A DNA stretch of 64,000 nucleotides, from NCBI GenBank assembly GCA_963555755.3, contig OY820905.2, positions 1,472,001-1,536,000 of the forward strand. Reading direction: 5' to 3'. Under the pieces are notes generated by a model. It did no database searches, was not told the DNA's origin, and worked only from the letters and a program-made list of their open reading frames with translations. The stretch's first letter is position 1; every line of letters starts with the position of its first letter. Position numbers and translations under genes: made by a program. This document shows, piece by piece, positions 50,992 to 60,424 of the stretch. This stretch comes from Nitrospirales bacterium (GTDB taxonomy: Bacteria; Nitrospirota; Nitrospiria; Nitrospirales; UBA8639).

Positions 50992-52245
50992 TCACTGATA
51001 CCGCAGCGCTTCAGCAGGATCAAGCTTCGAGGCTTTCACAGCAGGATACAAACCAAAAAACACACCCACGAATACCGCGAAGGAAAACGCAATGAGAATC
51101 GCAGAAGGTTGAATGACCGCGCCCCAATCCCCGCCACCTGGCATCGATTGCGCCACGAATCCCCCAAACCCATACGCCGCGCCTATCCCAGCAAGGATCC
51201 CGAGGAACCCACCGATTACACTGATCGTCACAGACTCGACAAGAAATTGGAGCATGATATCGCGACGCCGCGCACCAATAGCTTTGCGCAATCCAATTTC
51301 TTTCGTTCGTTCGGTAACGGTCACCAACATGATATTCATAATGCCAATCCCGCCAACCAGCAAGGCCACGACCGCCACGCCACCCAGCACAATGCGAAAT
51401 GTCCAAATAGTACGATCCACGGCATTCAAAAATTCGCCCTGATTCCGCACGCGAACATCATCGACTCCATCATGCCTTTGAACTAACAAGGAATGGACTT
51501 GTTGGGTGGCCTGTTGCATCTGGTCCCGATGGGGAACATGAATGATCATCCGTCGAATTCGATCGTCACCTGTAAATCGCCTGATAGTTGTGGTGATCGG
51601 TATAAAGATCATTTCATCGTAGTTCGTTCGACGGATTAAACCCTTGGGTTCCATCACTCCCACGACCGTAAATCGTTGATCGCCGATTTTCACTTCGCGA
51701 TCAAGCGGAGAGCCACTGCCAAACAATTTTTCAGCTACTTCCTTACCCAACACCACGACGCGCTTCCATTCCGTCAGGTCCGATTGAATGAGAAACCGCC
51801 CATGTTCCGCTCGAAAGTTTCTTACCTCCTGATATTCAGGCCACGTCCCGGTGACCTCACCACTAAACTCGCGATCACCGGCTTTCAGTTGCTGATTTAA
51901 CTCAATAATCGGAATCGCAACCACATCAGGAATTTGTTGACGCACTGCAAGCGCATCACCATATCGTAAACCTGTTGACCGTCCAGCAAACTTGCGCTGT
52001 TCTTCATGCGTCAACGACTTTTTCCAGACGAACAACAAATTAGTTCCTAGTCGCTCGATCGACTTCACGAGCCACACCTGCCCACCTTCAACAATGGCAA
52101 TCATCGCAATCACCGCAGCCACGCCAATAATCACCCCAAGCATCGTCAAGCCAGTCCTCAGAATATTCGACTTCAGGTTCTTCAAAGCATCGATTACAAT
52201 GGATTGCACAATCATGGGTGTTGCATTCCTAATATTTCCTGTCAT
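50992..52245 (-). CDS. MacB/FtsX-family ABC permease
   Basis: LTMLGVIIGVAAVI, VGGIGIMNIMLVTVTERTKEIGLRKAIGA, FFGLYPA. Confidence 0.93.
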   Translation of the reverse strand: MTGNIRNATPMIVQSIVIDALKNLKSNILRTGLTMLGVIIGVAAVIAMIAIVEGGQVWLVKSIERLGTNLLFVWKKSLTHEEQRKFAGRSTGLRYGDALAVRQQIPDVVAIPIIELNQQLKAGDREFSGEVTGTWPEYQEVRNFRAEHGRFLIQSDLTEWKRVVVLGKEVAEKLFGSGSPLDREVKIGDQRFTVVGVMEPKGLIRRTNYDEMIFIPITTTIRRFTGDDRIRRMIIHVPHRDQMQQATQQVHSLLVQRHDGVDDVRVRNQGEFLNAVDRTIWTFRIVLGGVAVVALLVGGIGIMNIMLVTVTERTKEIGLRKAIGARRRDIMLQFLVESVTISVIGGFLGILAGIGAAYGFGGFVAQSMPGGGDWGAVIQPSAILIAFSFAVFVGVFFGLYPAVKASKLDPAEALRYQ

Positions 52246-52323
52246 TCCAGCGGTACGGACCTAGACAATTCACCACAGTAGCCCCAACGCTGGAATCTAG
52301 AATTCCAAACGAAAACCAAGTTT

Positions 52324-53091
52324 TCACACCTTAGCAGTTGCCTCATCGCTCACGACCTGCCCATCACTCAGAACGATCCGTCGCTTGGCCGCCTGAGCCA
52401 CGTTCTGATCATGCGTAATCAGAATAATTGTCTGCCCTTCCTGATGCAGTTGATCAAACATCGCCATGACCTCTTGCCCAGTGCGGCTATCCAAATTCCC
52501 AGTTGGCTCATCAGCCAGTAAAATCGCCGGTTCGTTCACCAGCGCACGCGCGATAGCCACGCGCTGTTGCTGTCCACCGGATAATTGCGTGGGGAAGTGC
52601 AGCATTCGATCGTCTAGGCCCACACGCTTCAACATTTCGGTTGCGCCCTTTCGCTGTTCAGCCAACGACAGCCCGGCATACTGCAACGGCAACTGCACAT
52701 TTTCCAAAGCCGTCTTCCGAGAAAGCAGATGGAAGATTTGAAAGACAAAACCGATTTTTTGATTGCGGATCGTCGTCAAGTCCTTATCGCTGAGTAAGCC
52801 GACATGTTGCCCATCCAACCAATACTCTCCTTCCGTTGGTTGACCCAAACACCCCAAAATATCTAACAATGTAGTCTTGCCACTCCCCGACTGCCCAACG
52901 ATCGCCACAAACTCACCTTTCTCGATCGTGAGCTCAATCTTCGTTAACGCATGAACACTCACCTCACCCGCGTGATAGACCTTCGAAATATCATGCAAGT
53001 GAATGAGCAGAGAACGACCGGGATTATCCCCAATACCCGAAAGTGGATAGTGGCCATCCAAAGAGGAATCACTATGGGGAAACTCTGTCAC
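52324..53091 (-). CDS. ABC transporter ATP-binding protein (MacB/LolD type)
   Basis: GQSGSGKT, LSGGQQQR, LLADEPTGNLD, ITHD. Confidence 0.93.
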   Translation of the reverse strand: MTEFPHSDSSLDGHYPLSGIGDNPGRSLLIHLHDISKVYHAGEVSVHALTKIELTIEKGEFVAIVGQSGSGKTTLLDILGCLGQPTEGEYWLDGQHVGLLSDKDLTTIRNQKIGFVFQIFHLLSRKTALENVQLPLQYAGLSLAEQRKGATEMLKRVGLDDRMLHFPTQLSGGQQQRVAIARALVNEPAILLADEPTGNLDSRTGQEVMAMFDQLHQEGQTIILITHDQNVAQAAKRRIVLSDGQVVSDEATAKV

Positions 53092-53109
53092 TAAGGATTT
53101 TCCATTTCA

Positions 53110-54325
53110 GAAATCTCCCATCGCCCCCCCTTTGCCAAAGAGGGGAAAGGCAAACAACAAGTGGAAGAACTTCAACCGCTCCAAGGAAGACTCCTATGGG
53201 CCCTTCCTATTCCCCCTTTGGAAAAGGGGGACACAGGGGGATTTAATCAAATCAATTCCCTAGAATGAGAGCCATCGATTTCAATGACTAGTTTTGCCCT
53301 TGATGCGTAAAAATCTACAATGTACTGACCAAGGCATTTTTGATGGTATAAAAATACTATCTAGAAAATCTCCCCCACCCCTCTTTTCCAAAGAGGGGAA
53401 AGTCGAACCCTAGGTGAGAGAAAGGCAAACAACAAGTGGAAGAACTTCAACCGCTCCAAGGAAGACTCCTATGGGCCCTTCCTATTCCCCCTTTGGAAAA
53501 GGGGGACACAGGGGGATTTATCAAATCAATTCCCTAGAATGAGAGCCATCGATTTCAATGACTAGTTTTGCCCTTGATGCGTAAAAATCTACAATGTACT
53601 GACCAAGGCATTTTTGATGGTATAAAAATACTATCTAGAAAATCTCCCCCACCCCTCTTTTCCAAAGAGGGAAAAGTCGAACCCTAGGTGAGGGAAAGGC
53701 AAACAACAAGTGGAAGAACTTGAACCGCTCCAAGGAAGACTCCTATGGGCCCTTCCTATTCCCCCTTTGGAAAAGGGGGACACAGGGGGATTTAATCAAA
53801 TCAATTCCCTAGAATGAGAGCCATCGATTTCAATGACTAGTTTTGCCCTTGATGCGTAAAAATCTACAATGTACTGACCAAGGCATTTTTGATGGTATAA
53901 AAATACTATCTAGAAAATCTCCCCCACCCCTCTTTTCCAAAGAGGGGAAAGTCGAACCCTAGGTGAGAGAAAGGCAAACAACAAGTGGAAGAACTTGAAC
54001 CGCTCCAAGGAAGACTCCTATGGGCCCTTCCTATTGGCCCTTTGGAAAAGGGGAACACAGGGGGATTTATCAAATCAATTCCCTAAAAGCTGAAGAAACC
54101 CGTACTGACCAAGGCATTTTTGATGGTATAAAAATACTATCTAGAAAATCTCCCCCACCCCTCTTTTCCAAAGAGGGAAAAGTCGAACAGTAGGTGAGAG
54201 AACGACAATTTCCACCTATCCCGAGCCCCCCCCATGATCCATCCTATTCCCCCTTTGGAAAAGGGGGACACAGGGGGATTTTTCAATAAAGAACAATTCC
54301 ATTACCCCTTCTTTCCAAAGAGAAG
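53110..54325. repeat. Tandem array of ~275-bp units, each with two oppositely oriented REP-like hairpins (BIME-like)
   Basis: Unit starts AAAGGCAAAC at 53146, 53421, 53695, 53970; three near-identical units, a shortened fourth, and degenerate ends. Confidence 0.93.
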
Positions 54326-54337
54326 ACTTGGCATATT

Positions 54338-55474
54338 TTAGCGAGACCGTTTCTTTGAAAACGTTGGCACCACCAACCGATCACCCTCCTCTAACCCTTG
54401 CGTGATCACCGCTTGAGTCGGCGTCCGGAATGCCACGCGCACTTTCCGGCGCACTTGGTCAGAGCCTTCCTGCACATAGACCACATCGTCGCCTTGTTCC
54501 GATTGCAATATTTCCAGCGGCACAACAATCACGTCGGTTAAATCTTCCGTCAAAATATCCACATTCGCCGTCATCATCGGCCGCAAACTGAGATCCGTGT
54601 TATCGATTTCGATTGTCACCTCATAGGTCACGATACTCTCTTCCTTTTCTCCTTGAGGAGCAATGGCCGTCACCACCCCTTCAAACTCCGCACCGGGAAT
54701 CGCATCGAGTCGAATCATCACGGGTTGCCCCGTCCGAACCCGATGAATACTCACCTCATTGATTTTTGCTTGAGCCACCATTCGTCGAAGGTCGGCTAAT
54801 TTCATCAACACCGTCCCCCCACCGACCGTGGCCGTGCCTGAGGTAATAATTTCACCAGGCTGCACACCAATATCGATAATCGTTCCATCTGAAGACGACA
54901 ACACACGGAATGCTTCAAGCCCTGTTTCAGTCGGATCTTGAGAAATGTATCGCTGAAATAACTCTTGATTCCCACCCAAAGCCAGCAATAATTCCTTTTC
55001 CGCCAATTCCCGCCGAACCATGGCCTGTTGGGCTTCTTGCTCGGCAGACTCCAATTCTTGGCGAGCGATAAACCCTTTGGCATGCAACCCGTCCATGCGC
55101 ACAAAATTACGCCGCGCCTGAGCCACGTTAAAGCCCTCTTGCTCCAACTTGGCTCGCAGTTGCGCCACCTGCCGCGCCTGACTGGGCTCCTGGCGAATCA
55201 CCATCAATGGTTGATCCCGAACAACCTGTTCCCCTTCACGAACAAAAACCTCCAACACCTCGCCCGAAAACTGCGACTTTATATCCAAGGTCCGAATCGG
55301 CACCAAAGTCCCGGTCTCCGACACTCGCGTGTGAAGCGTACTCCGCTCCACCACAATGACCCTCGGCTCTTCCTTCTCCTGGCTCTCCTGAGCCAAAGGC
55401 ATCGGAAAAAACCAGTACACACCGGCGCCAATGGCACCAACCGCCAAAACAAGAACAATCCATCCACGCTTCAT
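54338..55474 (-). CDS. Efflux periplasmic adaptor (MFP, MacA-like)
   Basis: N-terminal TM, lipoyl half-motifs (SG.V.EVFVREGE.V; DGTI....VQPGE), LRPMMTANV, GLEEGD. Confidence 0.9.
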   Translation of the reverse strand: MKRGWIVLVLAVGAIGAGVYWFFPMPLAQESQEKEEPRVIVVERSTLHTRVSETGTLVPIRTLDIKSQFSGEVLEVFVREGEQVVRDQPLMVIRQEPSQARQVAQLRAKLEQEGFNVAQARRNFVRMDGLHAKGFIARQELESAEQEAQQAMVRRELAEKELLLALGGNQELFQRYISQDPTETGLEAFRVLSSSDGTIIDIGVQPGEIITSGTATVGGGTVLMKLADLRRMVAQAKINEVSIHRVRTGQPVMIRLDAIPGAEFEGVVTAIAPQGEKEESIVTYEVTIEIDNTDLSLRPMMTANVDILTEDLTDVIVVPLEILQSEQGDDVVYVQEGSDQVRRKVRVAFRTPTQAVITQGLEEGDRLVVPTFSKKRSR

Positions 55475-55950
55475 ACTGGGGATTCTATCAGAAAATTATG
55501 AATTTTGGTGTGGTGATGAAAAGAGGTGCGGATCACACTAGATGCAGTCCGTTCGCACTGAGCCTCCTCCGCCCAATCTCCTTCCCCGAGAGTGGCTACG
55601 AAGGCCGGGAGTACTTCTGCCCCCAAACGTTCAGGCGAGTGAGATGCTACGTCTACAGAGCAGATAGTTGAAAAAGATGCGTTTATTCATGGGGTGAGGC
55701 TCCTGGCATCCAGGAGTTTTTCTATCAGATTTCTCCCTGCGGTCGAAATGACAATGGGGGGGCGAATTAACAAAGGAGGGGAGGGATGAATAAGAAGGAA
55801 AATGTAAAAAGGAATGGGGAATGGCAGAGAAGGAAACACTATGATTGGAAAATCCCCCTAACCCCCTTTTCCAAAGGGGGACCCTTCGACCTGACTCAAG
55901 GGCAGACCTTAATGGTTAACCCGTCGCGGAGCACCTGAAAATAACGAGGT

Positions 55951-57531
55951 TTATTCTAGAGAGATATGGTACCGGTCGAGAGTCGAGGCTGTCCTGCGGT
56001 GGAGGTTGGCGAGGGATTGGTTGTAATCGAGGATGGCGCGGAGTTCTTTGACACGTGCGAGGGCTTCATCGCGTTGGAAGTCGAGCACTTGCCGGGTGGT
56101 GCTGAGACCGAAGTTCAGGCGTTCTTGTTCGGCGGCTCGTTGGCGATTGGCGAGTTTGCGGGCGATTCGGGTGGTGGCCATTCGTTTGAAATCTGTTTGC
56201 ACACGACGAACGGCTTCTTTGGTATCCACGATGACTTGACGGCGAACGTTTTGTAATGTGTTTTTTGCCTGCGTGGTTTCAAGCTGTCTGCGGCGGTACT
56301 GACTTTTGGCGGACCGATTGCCTAACGGATAACTCAAAACCATCCCCGCGCCCACGTTGTAAAAATCCGTGCTCGCGGTTCGCTCTAACGTATCGCTGGC
56401 GTCTTTGCCTAGCCCGCTGAGTCCCACGCTTCCTTGAAATTCTAAACGCGGCAGCAATTTGTTTTTGGCTAATTTAGTGTTGAGATGGCTTGATTCAATA
56501 TTTTTTTGAGCTTGAAGCACTTCGGGCCGATGCTGCAACGCGGCATCCACGGCACTGTTCACCGTGGTGGAATCATGCTCTTGCACCGGACGATCCAAGG
56601 GAATCATGACTAGGGTTTTTCGCAATTCCTTTTCTGTTGGACTAGTTAATTGCCGAAGTTGGTCTTCATGATCGCGCGTTGTTTTTTGGGCCACGAGGAT
56701 TTGTTCGACCCGATTGGCCACACCAACTTGTGCCTGCAACACCTCGACTTCAGCCATGACCCCCGCTTCAACTTTGGCCCGATTGCTGGCTAACACTTCT
56801 TTGGCCGCAGTCAACGCTGCTCGAAAGACTTCTTCGTTTTCTCGCGAAAACACCAACTCCCAATAGGATTCTTCGACTTGAACAATGACATCCAGCACTT
56901 GATTCACAAACGTGTAATGTTCGACTTGCACGGCATTTTGCGCGATGTGAATGGCGGCTTGATTCACCGTCACTCCATAGTCGCGAAGCAACGGCTGCGT
57001 GAAATTGACCAGGAAGTTGGCGGTGTAACTGGGATTGAATAAAAACGATGAGGGGCCCGCGACGGAGTTGCGATCCGTATCCAAGGTCATATCATAGGTG
57101 CCGCCAGAGTACAGTTTCTGCGTGATGCCAAGACTCACCTTCGTATCATTTTGATCGAAATTATCCGGTTCCCCACCTTGGGTGACACCCCCGAATCCGA
57201 ACACTGGCCGGTTTAATGGCACAACCGATCGATCATACCGAGCGGACATCTCTACCGTGGGATCAAACTTGGCTTGTTCGAACAGAATATCCGTCACCCG
57301 AACGTCACGGGTCTGTTTGCTCACAATGATATCCAAATTGTGTTTCAGTGCTTGGAGGACAACTTCGTTGAGCGAAATCGTCACCACGGATTCGTCATCC
57401 AGGAGACTTTCGACATTGAAAGAGGGCATGGCATCTGGCCCGGCTGATGCGGCCAAGGTCGGACTGACAGCTATTGTGAACAACAACAGCAGCATCCCAG
57501 TGTGGCGAAACATTGGCTTAGGATTTTTCAT
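55951..57531 (-). CDS. TolC-family outer-membrane efflux protein
   Basis: Signal peptide, ISLNEVV..AL.HN, FTQPLLR, AL.HRPEV, LLPRL; upstream of MFP and ABC genes. Confidence 0.88.
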   Translation of the reverse strand: MKNPKPMFRHTGMLLLLFTIAVSPTLAASAGPDAMPSFNVESLLDDESVVTISLNEVVLQALKHNLDIIVSKQTRDVRVTDILFEQAKFDPTVEMSARYDRSVVPLNRPVFGFGGVTQGGEPDNFDQNDTKVSLGITQKLYSGGTYDMTLDTDRNSVAGPSSFLFNPSYTANFLVNFTQPLLRDYGVTVNQAAIHIAQNAVQVEHYTFVNQVLDVIVQVEESYWELVFSRENEEVFRAALTAAKEVLASNRAKVEAGVMAEVEVLQAQVGVANRVEQILVAQKTTRDHEDQLRQLTSPTEKELRKTLVMIPLDRPVQEHDSTTVNSAVDAALQHRPEVLQAQKNIESSHLNTKLAKNKLLPRLEFQGSVGLSGLGKDASDTLERTASTDFYNVGAGMVLSYPLGNRSAKSQYRRRQLETTQAKNTLQNVRRQVIVDTKEAVRRVQTDFKRMATTRIARKLANRQRAAEQERLNFGLSTTRQVLDFQRDEALARVKELRAILDYNQSLANLHRRTASTLDRYHISLE

Positions 57532-57787
57532 CTTAGGAGTTTCTTGACTCTTCCGATCAGTTTGACGACGGCCTCAGTCGATAATACATTCGGTAACCAG
57601 CGGTTTGAGGTTATCAAAGGTCATGCACTTAGGCAATTAAAATCTGCTGGTTTTTCCTAACGTATTTGCTATCTGGACGCGTCATCTGGCTGTTGGTCAC
57701 GACCTCCAAACACCTCGTGTCCACCTTGCAGGGACTGCTCTTTTCTTCGTATCATCCAAACAAGAATATTTTGATAGGCTTAATTTT

Positions 57788-58639
57788 ATGGAGTCTTTTA
57801 TGCAATGTTTTCTTTTCCCTGCTTCTGATTGTACACGGTTTTCTCATCGATTCTCGGCTTCTCGATTTTTTACGTATTCGAGGTTCAGCACCTTCTTGTT
57901 CATAACAACCCTAATTCCCGCAATCTTTATCGGAATGAACTCAAGTGCCTCTGCAGAGGAAAATGGTGAGCTCAAGGAACTCCCTCGAGCAGTCTTGAAA
58001 CACACTCCTCCGCTATTCAAGGAATGGACGTTTGAAAAACATGAACCTGCTATATTCCCTCCTGGGTTTGTTTCGAAAACTTTGGGAGATGCCCCCCCTG
58101 GGTCCTGGGAAATTGTCACACAGGAGAACGCTCCAAGCCGAACTCATGCCCTACTCCAGTCGGCCCGTTGTTCACATTCTCCGTGTTTTCAACTTTTGAT
58201 CTCTGAAAATATCCGCATGGAATACGGAGATTTCTCGGTAAGAATTTTATCGGAGTTTGGGACCCAGAATTCTGGCGCAGGCTTAGTTTTTGGGGCTCAA
58301 GATGTTCAAAACTTTTATGCGGTCCTGATCTATCCATTCACAAACATGGTGAAAGCCTTTCGAGTTCTCAAGGGACAACCGACCCTTATCGATGAGCACG
58401 TCGTGGTTCCTCAACAAACGTTATGGCACTTTCTCAGAATCCAACGCAACACAATCATGAGCAAAGAGTTGATCGAAATCTTCTTCGATAATCACATAAT
58501 TCTTTCCCTTTCAGATCAAAGCTTAGGAACCGGGTATATTGGCCTTGCCACTACCGGCGATGGCGTGTTCGCTTTTGATAATTTTCGGGTAGTAGAACTA
58601 TTGACCAGCAGACCGCTTTCAAGACCGCCAGCCTATTAG
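57788..58639 (+). CDS. Exported hypothetical protein with a concanavalin-like beta-sandwich
   Basis: AGLVF, NFYAV, WH.LRI, G.IGL, FDNF pattern; start uncertain. Confidence 0.65.
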   Translation: MESFMQCFLFPASDCTRFSHRFSASRFFTYSRFSTFLFITTLIPAIFIGMNSSASAEENGELKELPRAVLKHTPPLFKEWTFEKHEPAIFPPGFVSKTLGDAPPGSWEIVTQENAPSRTHALLQSARCSHSPCFQLLISENIRMEYGDFSVRILSEFGTQNSGAGLVFGAQDVQNFYAVLIYPFTNMVKAFRVLKGQPTLIDEHVVVPQQTLWHFLRIQRNTIMSKELIEIFFDNHIILSLSDQSLGTGYIGLATTGDGVFAFDNFRVVELLTSRPLSRPPAY

Positions 58640-58651
58640 GTGCGGGAGTAG

Positions 58652-58733
58652 GCGTAATGCGTGAAGCGTAATGCGTGATCCGTAACAGCTCTTATTTTTT
58701 TTCGCCTCACGCATTTCGCTTCACGCATCACGC
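58652..58733. repeat. Inverted heptamer hairpin between convergent genes (possible terminator)
   Basis: GCGTAATGCGTGAAGCGTAATGCGTG ... CACGCATTTCGCTTCACGCATCACGC. Confidence 0.7.
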
Positions 58734-58739
58734 TTGATG

Positions 58740-59279
58740 TTAGCCCCCTTCTAGAAGATCTAACAGCTTAGCTGGATTATCGGAGGTAAGGATTAGGTTT
58801 CGATTTTCTGGAGTCACAAATCCTTCTTGCACTTGATGGTCAATAAACGTCAACAGGCCATCGAAAAACCCATCCACTGTTAACAAGCCACTGGGTTTCT
58901 GGTGAATGCGGAGTTGCCGCCAGGTTATCATTTCACAAAACTCTTCCAGAGTGCCATACCCGCCAGGCAACGCCACAAACGCATCCGATAAATCAGCCAT
59001 GAGGGCCTTGCGTTCATGCATCGATCCCACGACGTGTAGCTCGGATAGATCCTGACGGGCAAACCCATGTTCCACCATAAAGTCAGGAATGACTCCTTGC
59101 ACGTCACCGCCCCCCGCTAGCACCGTTTCAGCCACCACGGTCATCAATCCGATGTTTCCCCCACCATAGACCAATCCCATGTTACGGCGGACCAGTTCTT
59201 CTCCCATAGCCTTGGCAGCTTCTTTATACCGGGGCTTGAGACCGTTGCTCGATCCACAAAAGACACAGACGCGTTTCAC
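58740..59279 (-). CDS. LOG-family nucleotide phosphoribohydrolase (TIGR00730-like)
   Basis: CVFCGS, LVYGGGNIGLM, MHERK, LPGGYGTLEE. Confidence 0.93.
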   Translation of the reverse strand: MKRVCVFCGSSNGLKPRYKEAAKAMGEELVRRNMGLVYGGGNIGLMTVVAETVLAGGGDVQGVIPDFMVEHGFARQDLSELHVVGSMHERKALMADLSDAFVALPGGYGTLEEFCEMITWRQLRIHQKPSGLLTVDGFFDGLLTFIDHQVQEGFVTPENRNLILTSDNPAKLLDLLEGG

Positions 59280-59318
59280 AGGATTACTTTCTTTTGGGGG
59301 CAGATGAACAATGAAGAA

Positions 59319-60212
59319 TTAAGACGTACTGTCTAAGGAGACTTTCAGGAGTGAATAGGGATCGATGCGGGAACCGTTTAATCGAACACCCCAATGCAGA
59401 TGCGGGCCGGTGGCTCGGCCAGTCGCGCCGACTTTCCCAATGGGTTGCCCTTTCTCAACCAGTTGTCCTTGAGTCACATCGACGGCAGACAAATGGAAAT
59501 ACATGGAGAAGAGACCAAGACCGTGATCGAGAATGACGCCTTTCCCGGTAAAAAAATGATCCATGGTTAAGCGAACCATACCGGTATTCATGGCCACCAC
59601 TGGCGTACCTTTCGGCGCGGCGATGTCTTCCCCGCTATGTGGCCTTTTGTGTTGCCCGTTAATGACTCGTCGACTGCCAAACCTACCTGAGACCCGTCCT
59701 TGAACCGGTTCGATAAACTGGCTATCCCACAGCGGCTCCGGCAGGACAGTTTCAAACGCTTGGTGAAGAAGCTTTGATTCCTTTCTGACTCGGGCCAAGG
59801 TCTTACTGTCGAGATCAACCATCTTCTTGGGCAGCTTCAAATGCTGGACCCTGAAATCTTCCTTCATGAGCAAGACCGTGACGCGATGTTGTTCCTTGCG
59901 ATCGGGATACTCCACCTGAATCATCAATTTATGGTGGCCGGGCTTGTCTTGCATATCCAGCCCCAATAAACCCGCATACACACCCTCACCAACTGGAAAA
60001 AATACAATTTCCCGATTCAAGAGATGACCGACGACCCGACCAGGATCACCTTGTACTGGAACCGTAACCACAAGGACTTCACCTTGCTTGCCACTCACTT
60101 GATCATACGTTCCAGCCGGAAGATCTTGGGTATGAGGGAAAAGGTTGAGCGGAAATATACTCGCAAGCAGGATGGCAAACACCAAGAACGTTCGGCTTGT
60201 GAGACGCGTCAT
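59319..60212 (-). CDS. M23-family metallopeptidase
   Basis: HSGED (HxxxD), YFHLS, TGPHLH; start moved to MTRL because the track start lies in a MITE. Confidence 0.9.
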   Translation of the reverse strand: MTRLTSRTFLVFAILLASIFPLNLFPHTQDLPAGTYDQVSGKQGEVLVVTVPVQGDPGRVVGHLLNREIVFFPVGEGVYAGLLGLDMQDKPGHHKLMIQVEYPDRKEQHRVTVLLMKEDFRVQHLKLPKKMVDLDSKTLARVRKESKLLHQAFETVLPEPLWDSQFIEPVQGRVSGRFGSRRVINGQHKRPHSGEDIAAPKGTPVVAMNTGMVRLTMDHFFTGKGVILDHGLGLFSMYFHLSAVDVTQGQLVEKGQPIGKVGATGRATGPHLHWGVRLNGSRIDPYSLLKVSLDSTS

Positions 60213-60246
60213 ATGAGGGAGATTGAGAAAGAGAAAATCGCGGTTA

Positions 60247-60424
60247 GGACCTGAGAGAAAATAACTTGGACATATCGCGCCAAGATTTGGGTCGGATTTG
60301 GACGGAACGATTGAGAAACACCCGAGGCATAGCACAGCTATGTTGAGGGTGTTTCGATTGAGGCCCGTTCAAAGACGGCCCGAAGATTGGATGCGAGATG
60401 TCCAAGTTATTTTCTCTCAGGTCC
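60247..60424. mobile_element. MITE family D copy
   Basis: Near-identical to 23110-23289; TTA on both sides, the right one being the pafA stop codon. Confidence 0.88.

Noticed and set aside
53110..54325. CRISPR array
   Set aside because: Sequences between the hairpins are identical from unit to unit, the period is ~275 bp, and no cas genes are nearby.
55500..55945. Riboswitch or ncRNA between tolC and the adaptor gene
   Set aside because: No recognisable aptamer motif; the right half consists of REP-like hairpins. An Rfam scan would be needed.
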